The notes beneath the pieces are model-generated. The model was given only the letters and a program-made list of their open reading frames with translations. It was not told where the DNA came from and made no database searches. From the IMG/VR virus record IMGVR_UViG_3300031087_000004: a stretch of 44,346 nt of DNA. One strand, written 5' to 3'. A program made the position numbers and the translations under genes. Shown piece after piece: positions 7,431 through 15,668 of this stretch (position 1 is the first letter of the stretch; each line of letters begins with the position of its first letter). This DNA is from a virus.

Positions 7431-8992
7431 ATTTATTTAACTGGGGCCGCAAGGCCAAAGAGCCGGAGCAGAAAAAGCGCAGCCGAATTCCCCCACGTTT
7501 CGGCCAGCGCCTTTTCGATGCCGCGAAGCCCGATCGAATGTCGATGGAGTGGGGCAACGACCCGCTGACAGCCGACGAAATCATAGCCAAAAACTGGCAG
7601 CCGCTTGTCGCTCGCAGCCAGGAGCAGATCGCCAACAACGACTATGCGAAACACTTCGCGCGACTGGCCCGCCAGAACATCGTCGGGCAGAACGGGATCC
7701 TGTTAAACGCCCGGGCTAAGTCTGGCAAGGGTAAACTGGATAAAAGCGCCAACGACGCGATCCAGCGTGCGTGGGCTGAATTCTGCAAGCGGGAAAACAT
7801 CGACATTACCGGCAAAAAGTCGATGCGCGAATTTCAGAACCAGCTGGTAAACAGCCTGGCGAGTAGCGGCGAATTTCTCTGCAGGAAGGTTTACGGGGCC
7901 GATGCTGGGCCGTTCGGCTTTTCACTGCAGGCGATCCCAGCGCAGCGCGTGCCCATTGAAATGGTTATTGACCGCCTGAACGGCGGTACCAACTTTGTGC
8001 GGTTCGGTATTGAGTACACCCAGTATGGCAAGCCGGTGGCGTACCATTTCCGCACCCTGCTGAGCGATGCCGATCGCTACATGTACAGCGGCAAGCCTTA
8101 CGTGCGCGTACCGGCTGACGAAGTGATCCACGTTTTCCGCGAAGAAATCCCCGGCCAGCGTCGCGGGCTGCCGTGGCTGGCGACGTCGCTTTACCGCATG
8201 CGCCAGATGAACGGCATGGATCAGGCGGCTTTGGTGAACGCCCGTACCGGTGCGGCGAAGCTGGGCTGGATCTCGTTTGAAGGTGAGAGCGACGGCCCGG
8301 AATACGATGAAGACGACCCGCCAGTGGTGGATATTGAGCCAGGCGAAATGGGCATCCTGCCGAAAGGCGCGCGCGTGGAGAAATGGGATCCGCAGTACCC
8401 CAGCGGCGAGTATGCGATTTTCGTTAAAAACCAGCTGCGCGGCATCGCTGCAGGTCTGGGCGTGGCATACAACAATCTGGCGCAGGATCTGGAAGGCGTT
8501 AACTTTTCCAGTATTCGGCAGGGCACGCTGGACGAACGCGAGACGTGGAAGGATTTACAACAGTTTGTTTGTGAAGAATTCCTGCAGCCAGTATTCGACG
8601 CCTGGCTGCCGCGTGCTTTACTGGCCGGCCTGATCGTGACCGACAACGGAAAGAGCCTTAACCCGGTAACGCTGACGAAATATCAGGATATTTTGTGGCA
8701 GCCGCGCCGCTGGGCATGGATTGACCCGGTGAGCGACGTTAAAGCCAGCGTGGCGGCCAAAAACGCCATGCTTAAGTCGCCGTCTGAACTGATCCGCGAC
8801 AGCGGGCAAGACCCGGACGAAGTGGTGCAGCAGATTGCGCAGGATATCCAGTCGCAGCTTGAAACGCTTATGGCGGCTGGCCTGAGTAAGAAAAACGCGG
8901 AAAATCTGGTAATGTCTGGTTACGCCGTGGATCCCAAAATGATGCAGGAAGAGGCAACCCCGAATGAACAAACGAAACCTACTGGCGCTTAG
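7427..8992 (+). CDS. Portal protein, lambda gpB family
   Basis: ATGA overlap with the upstream stop (an alternative ATG is at 7397). 521 aa. Sits in the lambda-type position, with motifs such as ARSQEQIANNDYAKHFARLARQNIVGQNG. Confidence 0.85.
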   Translation: MNLFNWGRKAKEPEQKKRSRIPPRFGQRLFDAAKPDRMSMEWGNDPLTADEIIAKNWQPLVARSQEQIANNDYAKHFARLARQNIVGQNGILLNARAKSGKGKLDKSANDAIQRAWAEFCKRENIDITGKKSMREFQNQLVNSLASSGEFLCRKVYGADAGPFGFSLQAIPAQRVPIEMVIDRLNGGTNFVRFGIEYTQYGKPVAYHFRTLLSDADRYMYSGKPYVRVPADEVIHVFREEIPGQRRGLPWLATSLYRMRQMNGMDQAALVNARTGAAKLGWISFEGESDGPEYDEDDPPVVDIEPGEMGILPKGARVEKWDPQYPSGEYAIFVKNQLRGIAAGLGVAYNNLAQDLEGVNFSSIRQGTLDERETWKDLQQFVCEEFLQPVFDAWLPRALLAGLIVTDNGKSLNPVTLTKYQDILWQPRRWAWIDPVSDVKASVAAKNAMLKSPSELIRDSGQDPDEVVQQIAQDIQSQLETLMAAGLSKKNAENLVMSGYAVDPKMMQEEATPNEQTKPTGA

Positions 8993-11138
8993 TCTGGCCG
9001 CGATTATCGGCTGCAGCTTTACGCGAGCTGCGACGGTAGAGCAGCTGGATCTGGCCGCCGTCAACCGCGACCTGCCCGCGCAAACGCGCGACATGCAGAT
9101 CGAAAGCGTGGACAAAGAAAAACGCACGGTGCAGATCTCGTTTTCCAGTGAGCACCCAGTGCGCCGCTGGTACGGCAACGAGATTCTGGATCACAGTCCC
9201 GGCGCGGTAGACTTTACGCGGCTGGAGTCTGGCGCAGCTGCCCTGCTGGTGGATCACAACTGGCAGGATCAGGTGGGCGTTATCGAACGCGCCTGGCTGG
9301 GTGATGACCGCCGCTGTTATGCTATCGTGCGCTTTGGCAAGAGCGCCCGCGCAGACGAAATTTTTAACGATGTGATCGACAAAATCCGCACGCTGGTTAG
9401 CGTTGGCTATCAGGTACTCGAAGCCAAATTGTCAGTAGAGCGCGAGGACGGCGAAGATGACTACCTTATGACGCGCTGGCTACCATATGAAATCAGTTTC
9501 GTATCGGTACCAGCCGACCATACGGTGGGGGCTGGGCGTGCTGCCCCATTTAATGCCATCCCGCACAATGACAGCGGATCAATTCCTGTGAATAATGGCC
9601 GTCAAGGTGAAAAACCACCAGCGGCGAAACCTAAACCCGGAGCAAGAAAGATGGAAAAAGAACTGTACGATCAGAACGGTAATTTCGTTCGCGCGATCGT
9701 GGACGATAACGGCAACATTTTACGTGTACTTGCCGTTCTTCGCGCCGCTGCGCCAGCGCCTACCCAGAACAACCCAGAGCCGCAGGGCGACCAGCGCACT
9801 GCTGCGCAGGTACTGGAAGACGAGCGCACCCGCGTGCGTGAGTTAACCACTATGGGCACCAGCTACAACCTGCCTACCGAAGCCGCGCGCGCCGTCGCTG
9901 ATGGCATTACCGTTGAAGCATTCCGCGCTATCGCGCTGGACGCAATCAACCAGCGCCAGCAGCAGCAGCCAGGCACCAAAAAGCCCGCCATCCGTGGCGC
10001 AGCGTCAGCTGGTACCGGCGAACGCGGCGTACCGCTGTCTGAGATGGAAAGCCCGGAAATTGGCCTGAGCGAAGAAGACGTGCGCAACTATTCGATCTTC
10101 AACGTTGTGCGCCACCTTTCCAACCCTACCGATATGCGTCTGCGTGAAGCGGCCAGTTTTGAGCTGGAATGTTCGGAAGCAGCGCAAAAGCAAACCGGGC
10201 GTAGTGCGCAAGGCATTCTGATCCCGCAGGACGTGCTGCAGCGTTTCGGTAACGAAGCCACCGTGCGCGCGTTTAACGCAGGCGGCGCGGCTAACACCCC
10301 GACCGGAGCAGTTACCGGCGCGAATCTGGTAGCCACCAACTACATGGCATCCAGCTTTATCGACCTGCTGCGCCAGCGTACCGTTATCATGCAGCTGGCC
10401 CGCACTATGGGCGGCCTGGTGGGTAACGTCGAAATCCCGAAACAGATCGCCGGTTCGCAGGCGTACTGGATCGGTGAACACGAAGATGCGCAGGAAACCA
10501 CACCAGTGATCGGCCAGATCGGTTTGAACCCGCATACACTTGCGGCTTACACCGATATTTCTCGCCGCCTGCTGATGCAGTCTACCCCTGACGCAGAAGG
10601 CATCGTGCGCGCTGACCTGATCGCCGCTATCGGTAGCGGTATCAACGCCGCCGCTTTCTACGGTACCGGCGAAAACAACCAGCCGCTGGGCCTGTTGAAC
10701 CAGGATGGCATTAACGCGGTACCGTTCGCGAACGTTACACCGACTTATAAAGAGCTGGTGGCAATGGAATCAGCGATCGCAGCTGACGACGCCGACGTTA
10801 ACAGCATGGCCTACGTGATCAACACCGCGCAGCGTGGCGACTTCAAAACCACGCCTAAGCTGACTGGCGGATCTGACCAGGGCGTGATCTGGGAACCGGG
10901 CAACGGCCTGAACGGCTACCGTGCGGAAGTGACCAACACCATTAAAGCCGGTGATGTGTTCTTTGGTAACTTCAACGATCTGATCATCGGTATGTGGGGC
11001 GGTCTGGATCTGATTGTTGACCCGTACAGCCTGAGCAAAAAAGGTGCGCTGCGTCTGGTAGTGTTCCAGGATGTGGACTTTGCACTGCGCCGCGTGGAGT
11101 CATTCACCTACGGCCATAAAGCCGCAGTGACCCCGTAA
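8964..11138 (+). CDS. Prohead protease (S78/HK97 family) - scaffold/linker - HK97-fold major capsid protein fusion
   Basis: N-terminal part: RTVQISFSSEHPVRRWYGNEILDH...LLVDHNW.DQVGVIE...SVGYQV...EISFVSVPAD (S78 protease pattern). C-terminal part: ...FIDLLRQRTVIMQLARTM...AYTDISRRLLMQS...FYGTGENNQPLGLLN...DLIVDPYS (HK97 capsid pattern). SD ggaagagg lies before ATG 8964. Confidence 0.88.
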   Translation: MNKRNLLALSLAAIIGCSFTRAATVEQLDLAAVNRDLPAQTRDMQIESVDKEKRTVQISFSSEHPVRRWYGNEILDHSPGAVDFTRLESGAAALLVDHNWQDQVGVIERAWLGDDRRCYAIVRFGKSARADEIFNDVIDKIRTLVSVGYQVLEAKLSVEREDGEDDYLMTRWLPYEISFVSVPADHTVGAGRAAPFNAIPHNDSGSIPVNNGRQGEKPPAAKPKPGARKMEKELYDQNGNFVRAIVDDNGNILRVLAVLRAAAPAPTQNNPEPQGDQRTAAQVLEDERTRVRELTTMGTSYNLPTEAARAVADGITVEAFRAIALDAINQRQQQQPGTKKPAIRGAASAGTGERGVPLSEMESPEIGLSEEDVRNYSIFNVVRHLSNPTDMRLREAASFELECSEAAQKQTGRSAQGILIPQDVLQRFGNEATVRAFNAGGAANTPTGAVTGANLVATNYMASSFIDLLRQRTVIMQLARTMGGLVGNVEIPKQIAGSQAYWIGEHEDAQETTPVIGQIGLNPHTLAAYTDISRRLLMQSTPDAEGIVRADLIAAIGSGINAAAFYGTGENNQPLGLLNQDGINAVPFANVTPTYKELVAMESAIAADDADVNSMAYVINTAQRGDFKTTPKLTGGSDQGVIWEPGNGLNGYRAEVTNTIKAGDVFFGNFNDLIIGMWGGLDLIVDPYSLSKKGALRLVVFQDVDFALRRVESFTYGHKAAVTP
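9553..9596 (+). promoter_or_regulatory. Late-region 20-bp element, copy 2, inside the protease-capsid gene
   Basis: 20-mer at 9553-9572; ATGACA at 9568-9573; 17 nt; AATAAT at 9591-9596. Lies in the linker between the protease and scaffold/capsid parts. Confidence 0.5.
9651..11138 (+). CDS. Possible nested in-frame product (scaffold + major capsid protein) from an internal start
   Basis: In-frame ATG 9651 is preceded by GGAG (9639-9642, spacing 8). It lies about 50 nt downstream of the promoter-like copy 2. By analogy with the nested lambda C/Nu3 genes. Confidence 0.35.
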   Translation: MEKELYDQNGNFVRAIVDDNGNILRVLAVLRAAAPAPTQNNPEPQGDQRTAAQVLEDERTRVRELTTMGTSYNLPTEAARAVADGITVEAFRAIALDAINQRQQQQPGTKKPAIRGAASAGTGERGVPLSEMESPEIGLSEEDVRNYSIFNVVRHLSNPTDMRLREAASFELECSEAAQKQTGRSAQGILIPQDVLQRFGNEATVRAFNAGGAANTPTGAVTGANLVATNYMASSFIDLLRQRTVIMQLARTMGGLVGNVEIPKQIAGSQAYWIGEHEDAQETTPVIGQIGLNPHTLAAYTDISRRLLMQSTPDAEGIVRADLIAAIGSGINAAAFYGTGENNQPLGLLNQDGINAVPFANVTPTYKELVAMESAIAADDADVNSMAYVINTAQRGDFKTTPKLTGGSDQGVIWEPGNGLNGYRAEVTNTIKAGDVFFGNFNDLIIGMWGGLDLIVDPYSLSKKGALRLVVFQDVDFALRRVESFTYGHKAAVTP

Positions 11139-11151
11139 TAACCACCCCGGA

Positions 11152-11175
11152 AAGCCGCCTGCGGGCGGCTTCTTT
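11152..11175 (+). terminator. Stem-loop / weak intrinsic terminator after the capsid gene
   Basis: aagccgcc-tgcg-ggcggctt followed by cttt. Confidence 0.5.
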
Positions 11176-11197
11176 GCACTGAACTGGAGTTACAAAA

Positions 11198-11656
11198 ATG
11201 TCAAAAACTATCGTCATTGAATTAACCAGCGCCATCGTGTGGGGCGGCGTGATCCAGCCTGCCGGTACCGAAATCGAAGTCACCGAGATTGAAGCGCGTC
11301 ATTACATGACCCGTGGCAAAGCGGTGCTGGCTGAGGGTGAAGCCCTGGAGCTGGGTACCGGCCCTTTTACGACTACGGGCCAGGCTGGAAACAGTGGATC
11401 CGACGTCGTGCCGACCTCGCCTCTAAACACCGTCGATCTGTCTAAACTGACCGTGGAGCAGTTGCACGAATGGGCGAAAGCCAAATCTTTCACCGTGACC
11501 GCTACCAAAAAGGCAGACATTCAGAAAGAGTTGCAGGATCAGCTGGATCACGAAGCGTCAAAAGAGCTGAGCGATAACCAGGCCGCTGGCGTCGTACCTA
11601 ACCCGGCCCCGCTGGAGCCACTGCGCCAAGCTGATCTGAACGAGAAAAAGGAATAA
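11198..11656 (+). CDS. Hypothetical head-associated protein with a HeH/SAP-like motif
   Basis: 152 aa. LSKLTVEQLHEWAKAKSFTVTATKKADIQKELQ looks like a HeH/SAP helix-extension-helix motif. Lies directly after the capsid gene. Confidence 0.5.
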   Translation: MSKTIVIELTSAIVWGGVIQPAGTEIEVTEIEARHYMTRGKAVLAEGEALELGTGPFTTTGQAGNSGSDVVPTSPLNTVDLSKLTVEQLHEWAKAKSFTVTATKKADIQKELQDQLDHEASKELSDNQAAGVVPNPAPLEPLRQADLNEKKE

Positions 11657-11662
11657 GCCGCT

Positions 11663-12010
11663 ATGAGTAAACCCGCCTGGGAAAACCTGGGCGTGTTTTA
11701 TCAGTCGGATAGAAAGGGCGGCTTTGCTAAAGCTGCCTTTTTTTTTAAGGCTGATGGCACGCCAGTGAATACAGAAGCTGTTTACGTGTTGTACGACGAA
11801 GCAAAGTACGACGCTAACGCAGGTGAATACGATTTCGAAACCAGCCAGCCGCGCCTGATGATGGAGGATTTGCCAATCTGGCGAACGCTCACCAAAAAAG
11901 ACAAGGTGCAGATCGAGGATGAGGGCTTATTCATTCTGGAAGAGCACGCGCGCCCGGACGGTACCGGCAACGTAACGATCGATCTGGCCCCGCAAGATGC
12001 TTACCTTTGA
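11663..12010 (+). CDS. Putative head-tail joining / head completion protein
   Basis: 115 aa, assigned by position between the head and tail modules. No strong motif. Confidence 0.4.
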   Translation: MSKPAWENLGVFYQSDRKGGFAKAAFFFKADGTPVNTEAVYVLYDEAKYDANAGEYDFETSQPRLMMEDLPIWRTLTKKDKVQIEDEGLFILEEHARPDGTGNVTIDLAPQDAYL

Positions 12011-12548
12011 CATTGATTTAGAGCAGCTGAAAATTGCCGCCGACCAGATAGGAGCCAGCGATAAGGTATTTAAAGCCATGATCGCACGCGCCTGCAGCCG
12101 GACGGCGGCAACCCTGCGCAGAATGAGCGGGCGCGGGCTTAAAAACGAACTGCAGCTGCGCACGCTGGGCGTACTGAGGAAGCGCCTTAAATCCATCCGA
12201 CTGCGTGGGAATAATACCGGCGTTTCCCTGTGGTACGGCTTAAACGATCTGCCGGTATCGGCGTTTAAAGGCCGACCACGCAACACCAAAGACGGTGCCA
12301 AAAAAGGTAACGTGGAGATCAAAGGCGGCTTTGTCGGGAAGACCAAGCGCGGAAAGGCAACGATATTCAAGCGCGCTGGAGAAGCGCGACTACCTATCCG
12401 GGAGCAGCTGTTAGAGATAAAAGACCAGGCTGATATTTATATCGAAGACGAAATTTTTACAGAGGTGGATCGGATCTTCTGGCAGCACTTTGAACGAGAT
12501 CTGAAAGCCCGCGACAAATACCAGAAAGTTAGCGACAGGTGGCAATGA
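11997..12548 (+). CDS. Lambda gpZ-like tail/neck completion protein
   Basis: Basic central region (RKRLKSIRLRGNNTGVSLWYGLNDLPVSAFKGRPRNTK...GGFVGKTKRGKATIFKRAGEARLPI) parallels the lambda gpZ layout. Confidence 0.45.
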   Translation: MLTFDIDLEQLKIAADQIGASDKVFKAMIARACSRTAATLRRMSGRGLKNELQLRTLGVLRKRLKSIRLRGNNTGVSLWYGLNDLPVSAFKGRPRNTKDGAKKGNVEIKGGFVGKTKRGKATIFKRAGEARLPIREQLLEIKDQADIYIEDEIFTEVDRIFWQHFERDLKARDKYQKVSDRWQ

Positions 12549-13141
12549 TGCAAGACAACTACCCCGAAACCGATCTGGCCCTTTTCATTCAGGCCATTAT
12601 TAAAGACATTAAAGAGCGTTTCCCGTCGCTGGTGAACGTCGAATTTTTCCCGGATGAACCGGAAGCCAACACCCGCATGCCAGTGCCCGCGTGCCTGCTG
12701 GACGTGTCGGAAATGGAAGTGGATCTGGATGAAGACCCGGGCACCGGCCAGACGCCCACGCGCCTGTCTTTTTCCGCATTCCTGGTTATCAGCGGGCTGC
12801 AGGACGGCAACACGAAGCTGCAGATCAGGCTGATGGCTGCCGCGCTGGTATCGTGGCTTAAAATGCGACACTGGCGTGACCCACGCGACCCGGGCACCGA
12901 AGAAGAACCCAACCACCTGCCGAGCGACCCGGCTATGCCGGTGGGAGCGTACAGGGATGATTTCGACCCACGGCTGGATCGTTATGAGGTATGGCGCGTT
13001 GACTGGGAGCAGGTTATTTATCTGGGCAAAAGTGATTTTGATTCCAGCTTTTTGCCGTCGCGTGTCTGGCTGGGGCTGGCCCCGGACATTGGCGCGGAGC
13101 ACCGCGAAGACTACGTGGAGATCACCGGCAATGGACAGTAA
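12545..13141 (+). CDS. Hypothetical virion morphogenesis protein
   Basis: ATGA overlap with the upstream gene. 198 aa, in the morphogenesis block. Confidence 0.45.
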   Translation: MMQDNYPETDLALFIQAIIKDIKERFPSLVNVEFFPDEPEANTRMPVPACLLDVSEMEVDLDEDPGTGQTPTRLSFSAFLVISGLQDGNTKLQIRLMAAALVSWLKMRHWRDPRDPGTEEEPNHLPSDPAMPVGAYRDDFDPRLDRYEVWRVDWEQVIYLGKSDFDSSFLPSRVWLGLAPDIGAEHREDYVEITGNGQ

Positions 13142-13781
13142 CGAACTATTCCAGCGCCTCGATGGCGTGATCAAAACCGGTTATATCCGCAACGTTGACC
13201 CGGACGCTAAGCAGGTGCGCGTTGCGGTGGATGGCAACGTTACCGGCTGGATTGATTGGGGCGTCTGGCGGGCAGGGCTGCTTAAGGTCTGGAGCTGCCC
13301 GGATCGTGGCGAAAAGGTGCTGATCGCAGCACCGGCCGGCGACCTTTCGATGGCTGTCGTTTTATGCAGCCTGTACAGCGACAACGGCGGCGAATCGCCC
13401 AGCAGCGACCCGGAAGAAACTTACATCAAATTCCCGGATGGCAGCACGCTGGTTTACAACCACGGCGAAAACGAATTTAACCTGGTAGTGACCGGGCAGG
13501 GCATGGTTAAAATCACCTGCGTTTCGGCTACCGTCACGGCTACTGATTCGGTCACGCTGGACGCGCCGGAAACGCTGGTAACTGGCAACCTTACCGTTAA
13601 ACAGAAGATTACCGGGCAGGGCGGCATGGGCATAAGCGGCGGATCAGGCGGCGCGGTTGCTGACTTTGGCGGGCCGGTTCGCGTTACCGGTGGCGACGTG
13701 AAGGTGGATGGCATAGGCGTTAAATCCCACATCCACAAAGAGCAGGGCGACGGTAACGACGTCGGGCCAGCACGCGGTTAA
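13131..13781 (+). CDS. Baseplate central spike/hub protein, P2 gpV-like
   Basis: MDSNELFQRLDGVIKTGYIRNVDPDAKQVRVAVDGNVTGWIDW...GDVKVDGIGVKSHIHKEQGDG is the typical gpV/gp5 OB-fold plus C-terminal beta-helix/apex pattern. Confidence 0.8.
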   Translation: MDSNELFQRLDGVIKTGYIRNVDPDAKQVRVAVDGNVTGWIDWGVWRAGLLKVWSCPDRGEKVLIAAPAGDLSMAVVLCSLYSDNGGESPSSDPEETYIKFPDGSTLVYNHGENEFNLVVTGQGMVKITCVSATVTATDSVTLDAPETLVTGNLTVKQKITGQGGMGISGGSGGAVADFGGPVRVTGGDVKVDGIGVKSHIHKEQGDGNDVGPARG

Positions 13782-13824
13782 TGCCATCCCACACAATGAC
13801 AGGATAGAGGGCTGCAAATATGAT
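13781..13824 (+). promoter_or_regulatory. Late-region 20-bp element, copy 3 (one substitution, G to A)
   Basis: ATGCCATCCCACACAATGAC at 13781-13800; ATGACA; 17 nt; TATGAT at 13819-13824. This hexamer overlaps the gpW-like start codon at 13820. Confidence 0.4.
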
Positions 13825-14158
13825 AGGCACTGACCGAAACACGGGGAAACTGATCGCAGGGATTGACCATCTGCGCCAGTCATTTCAGGACTTACTGACA
13901 ACCCCAAAGGGCACCCGCATTATGCGGGCAGATTACGGCAGCGACCTGCCGCGCCTGGTGGATTTACCGGTTAATGGCGAACTGATTCTGGACATTATCA
14001 CCGAAACAGCGGTGGCTATTATGAACTGGGAGCCGCGATTCAAGGTGGCGACAGTCAAAGTTACGACTATCACCGAATCGCAGGTGATTTTAGCGGTTAG
14101 CGGCAAATACCTGCCGGACGGCCAGGAAATAACGATAGACGGGATCGTGGTGAAATAA
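13820..14158 (+). CDS. Baseplate wedge protein, gpW/gp25 family
   Basis: MIGTDRNTGKLIAGIDHLRQSFQDLLTTPKGTRIMRADYGS matches the P2 gpW / T4 gp25 N-terminal signature. Confidence 0.88.
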   Translation: MIGTDRNTGKLIAGIDHLRQSFQDLLTTPKGTRIMRADYGSDLPRLVDLPVNGELILDIITETAVAIMNWEPRFKVATVKVTTITESQVILAVSGKYLPDGQEITIDGIVVK

Positions 14159-15075
14159 TGGCGACTAACGGAACATTTACAGCGGTTAACCTTTCGCAGC
14201 TGCCGCCGCCGCAGGTGGTGGAGGTGCTGGACTTTGAAAAGATCGTCAGTGAAATCATTGCCGACTTCAAAGCGCGCCAGGAGGCTGCGGGCCAGCCCTA
14301 TACGTCAGTAGTTGAAGCCGACCCGGCTTACAAAATGGCACAGGCGGCAGCCTATCGCGAAATGATCGTGCGCGCCCGCGTGAACGAATCAGCCAAAGCG
14401 GTGATGCTGGCTTACGCCGTGGACGCGGATCTGGACAATATCGGGGCCAATACCGGCGTTACTCGCCTGGTGGTGCAGGAGGCAGACCCGACAACCATCC
14501 CGCCTACGCCGCGCATAATGGAGAGCAACGACGACTACCGCGCGCGCATCCAGTTGGCACCCGAAGCCTACACCACCGCAGGCAGTGAAGGTTCGTACCA
14601 GTACCACACCCGCAGCGCAAACGGCAAAATCAAAGACGCCCAGGTGCTTTCGCCCGCGCCCACGCAGGTGCTGGTCTACATTTCCAACCGTGACGGAAAC
14701 GGCGAAGCCACTATGGATATGGTGGCAGATGTGCGCGCCGCGCTGAATGCCAAAACGGTGCGGCCGCTGACGGACAAAGTTACCGTTATGAGCGCCGTAG
14801 CCGTGAATTATTCCATTTCGGCCCAGCTGCAGATCTACGACGGCCCGGATCCCAGCGTGGTTATCGCAGCTGCCCGGAAGGCGGCGCAGGCTTATGCCGA
14901 CGACCAGCGCAAAATTGGTTACGACATTACGCTGGCCGGTATCATTGCCGCGCTCAAACAACCGGGCGTGCACGACGTTAAGATGATCACCCCCACGGCA
15001 AACGTGGTGATCGGCGACGGCCAGGTGGGCTATTGCACCTCGATAACGGTTACGCAGGCGGTGCTAAATGTCTAA
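14158..15075 (+). CDS. Baseplate protein, P2 gpJ family
   Basis: 305 aa. NLSQLPPPQVVEVLDFEKIVSEIIADFKAR...ADPAYKMAQAAAYREM is the typical Baseplate_J pattern. TAATG overlap with the upstream gene. Confidence 0.88.
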   Translation: MATNGTFTAVNLSQLPPPQVVEVLDFEKIVSEIIADFKARQEAAGQPYTSVVEADPAYKMAQAAAYREMIVRARVNESAKAVMLAYAVDADLDNIGANTGVTRLVVQEADPTTIPPTPRIMESNDDYRARIQLAPEAYTTAGSEGSYQYHTRSANGKIKDAQVLSPAPTQVLVYISNRDGNGEATMDMVADVRAALNAKTVRPLTDKVTVMSAVAVNYSISAQLQIYDGPDPSVVIAAARKAAQAYADDQRKIGYDITLAGIIAALKQPGVHDVKMITPTANVVIGDGQVGYCTSITVTQAVLNV

Positions 15076-15658
15076 CGACCTGTTACCGAGTAACGCCACG
15101 CGACTGGAACGCAATCTGTCGCTGATGACCGATCGCATATTCAACGTGCCGATCATCGTTAAGCAGGTATGGAACGCCAACGAAGCCCCGGTGGATGTTT
15201 TGCCGTGGCTGGCGTGGGCGCTTTCTGTAGACGAATGGGATACCAACTGGACGGAAGATCAGAAGCGAAACGTTATCCGTGAAGCGCCGACCATCCAGAA
15301 AATCAAAGGGACGCTGGGCGCTGTGGAATTCCAGCTGGCATCTGTGGGGATCGACGTGCAGGTGCAGGAGTGGTTTAACCAGGTACCGGCAGGCGAACCG
15401 GGCACATATATTTTGCACGTCAACGTCGCGCAGTACCCGCTTAATCAACAGACGCTGCAGAAGATAATCGCGCTGATCGAAAGCAGTAAAAACATCCGTT
15501 CCCATATGTCTACCGCGAAAATAAACGTGAAGACTGAGGCGCACGGGTATGCTGCTGCAGTGAGTCGAACCGGTATGAATATCAGGGTAACGGGCACCGA
15601 AGCCACTATGGTGGTGGCAAGTGAATTCAATGTACCCAACGTAACCATTAAGCAATAA
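15068..15658 (+). CDS. Tail protein, P2 gpI family
   Basis: LLPSNATRLERNLS...VDVLPWLAWALSVDEWDTNWTEDQKRNVI is the characteristic gpI signature. Confidence 0.88.
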   Translation: MSNDLLPSNATRLERNLSLMTDRIFNVPIIVKQVWNANEAPVDVLPWLAWALSVDEWDTNWTEDQKRNVIREAPTIQKIKGTLGAVEFQLASVGIDVQVQEWFNQVPAGEPGTYILHVNVAQYPLNQQTLQKIIALIESSKNIRSHMSTAKINVKTEAHGYAAAVSRTGMNIRVTGTEATMVVASEFNVPNVTIKQ

Positions 15659-15668
15659 GGGGCAGCAC

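Noticed and set aside
8964-9095. Lipoprotein-like N-terminus (MNKRNLLALSLAAIIGCSF) on the protease-capsid fusion
   Set aside because: A secreted lipoprotein makes no sense for a prohead protease. The hydrophobic stretch is short and probably part of an N-terminal extension. A later start (ATG 9093) is possible, although it lacks an SD. Treated as a coincidental lipobox-like string.
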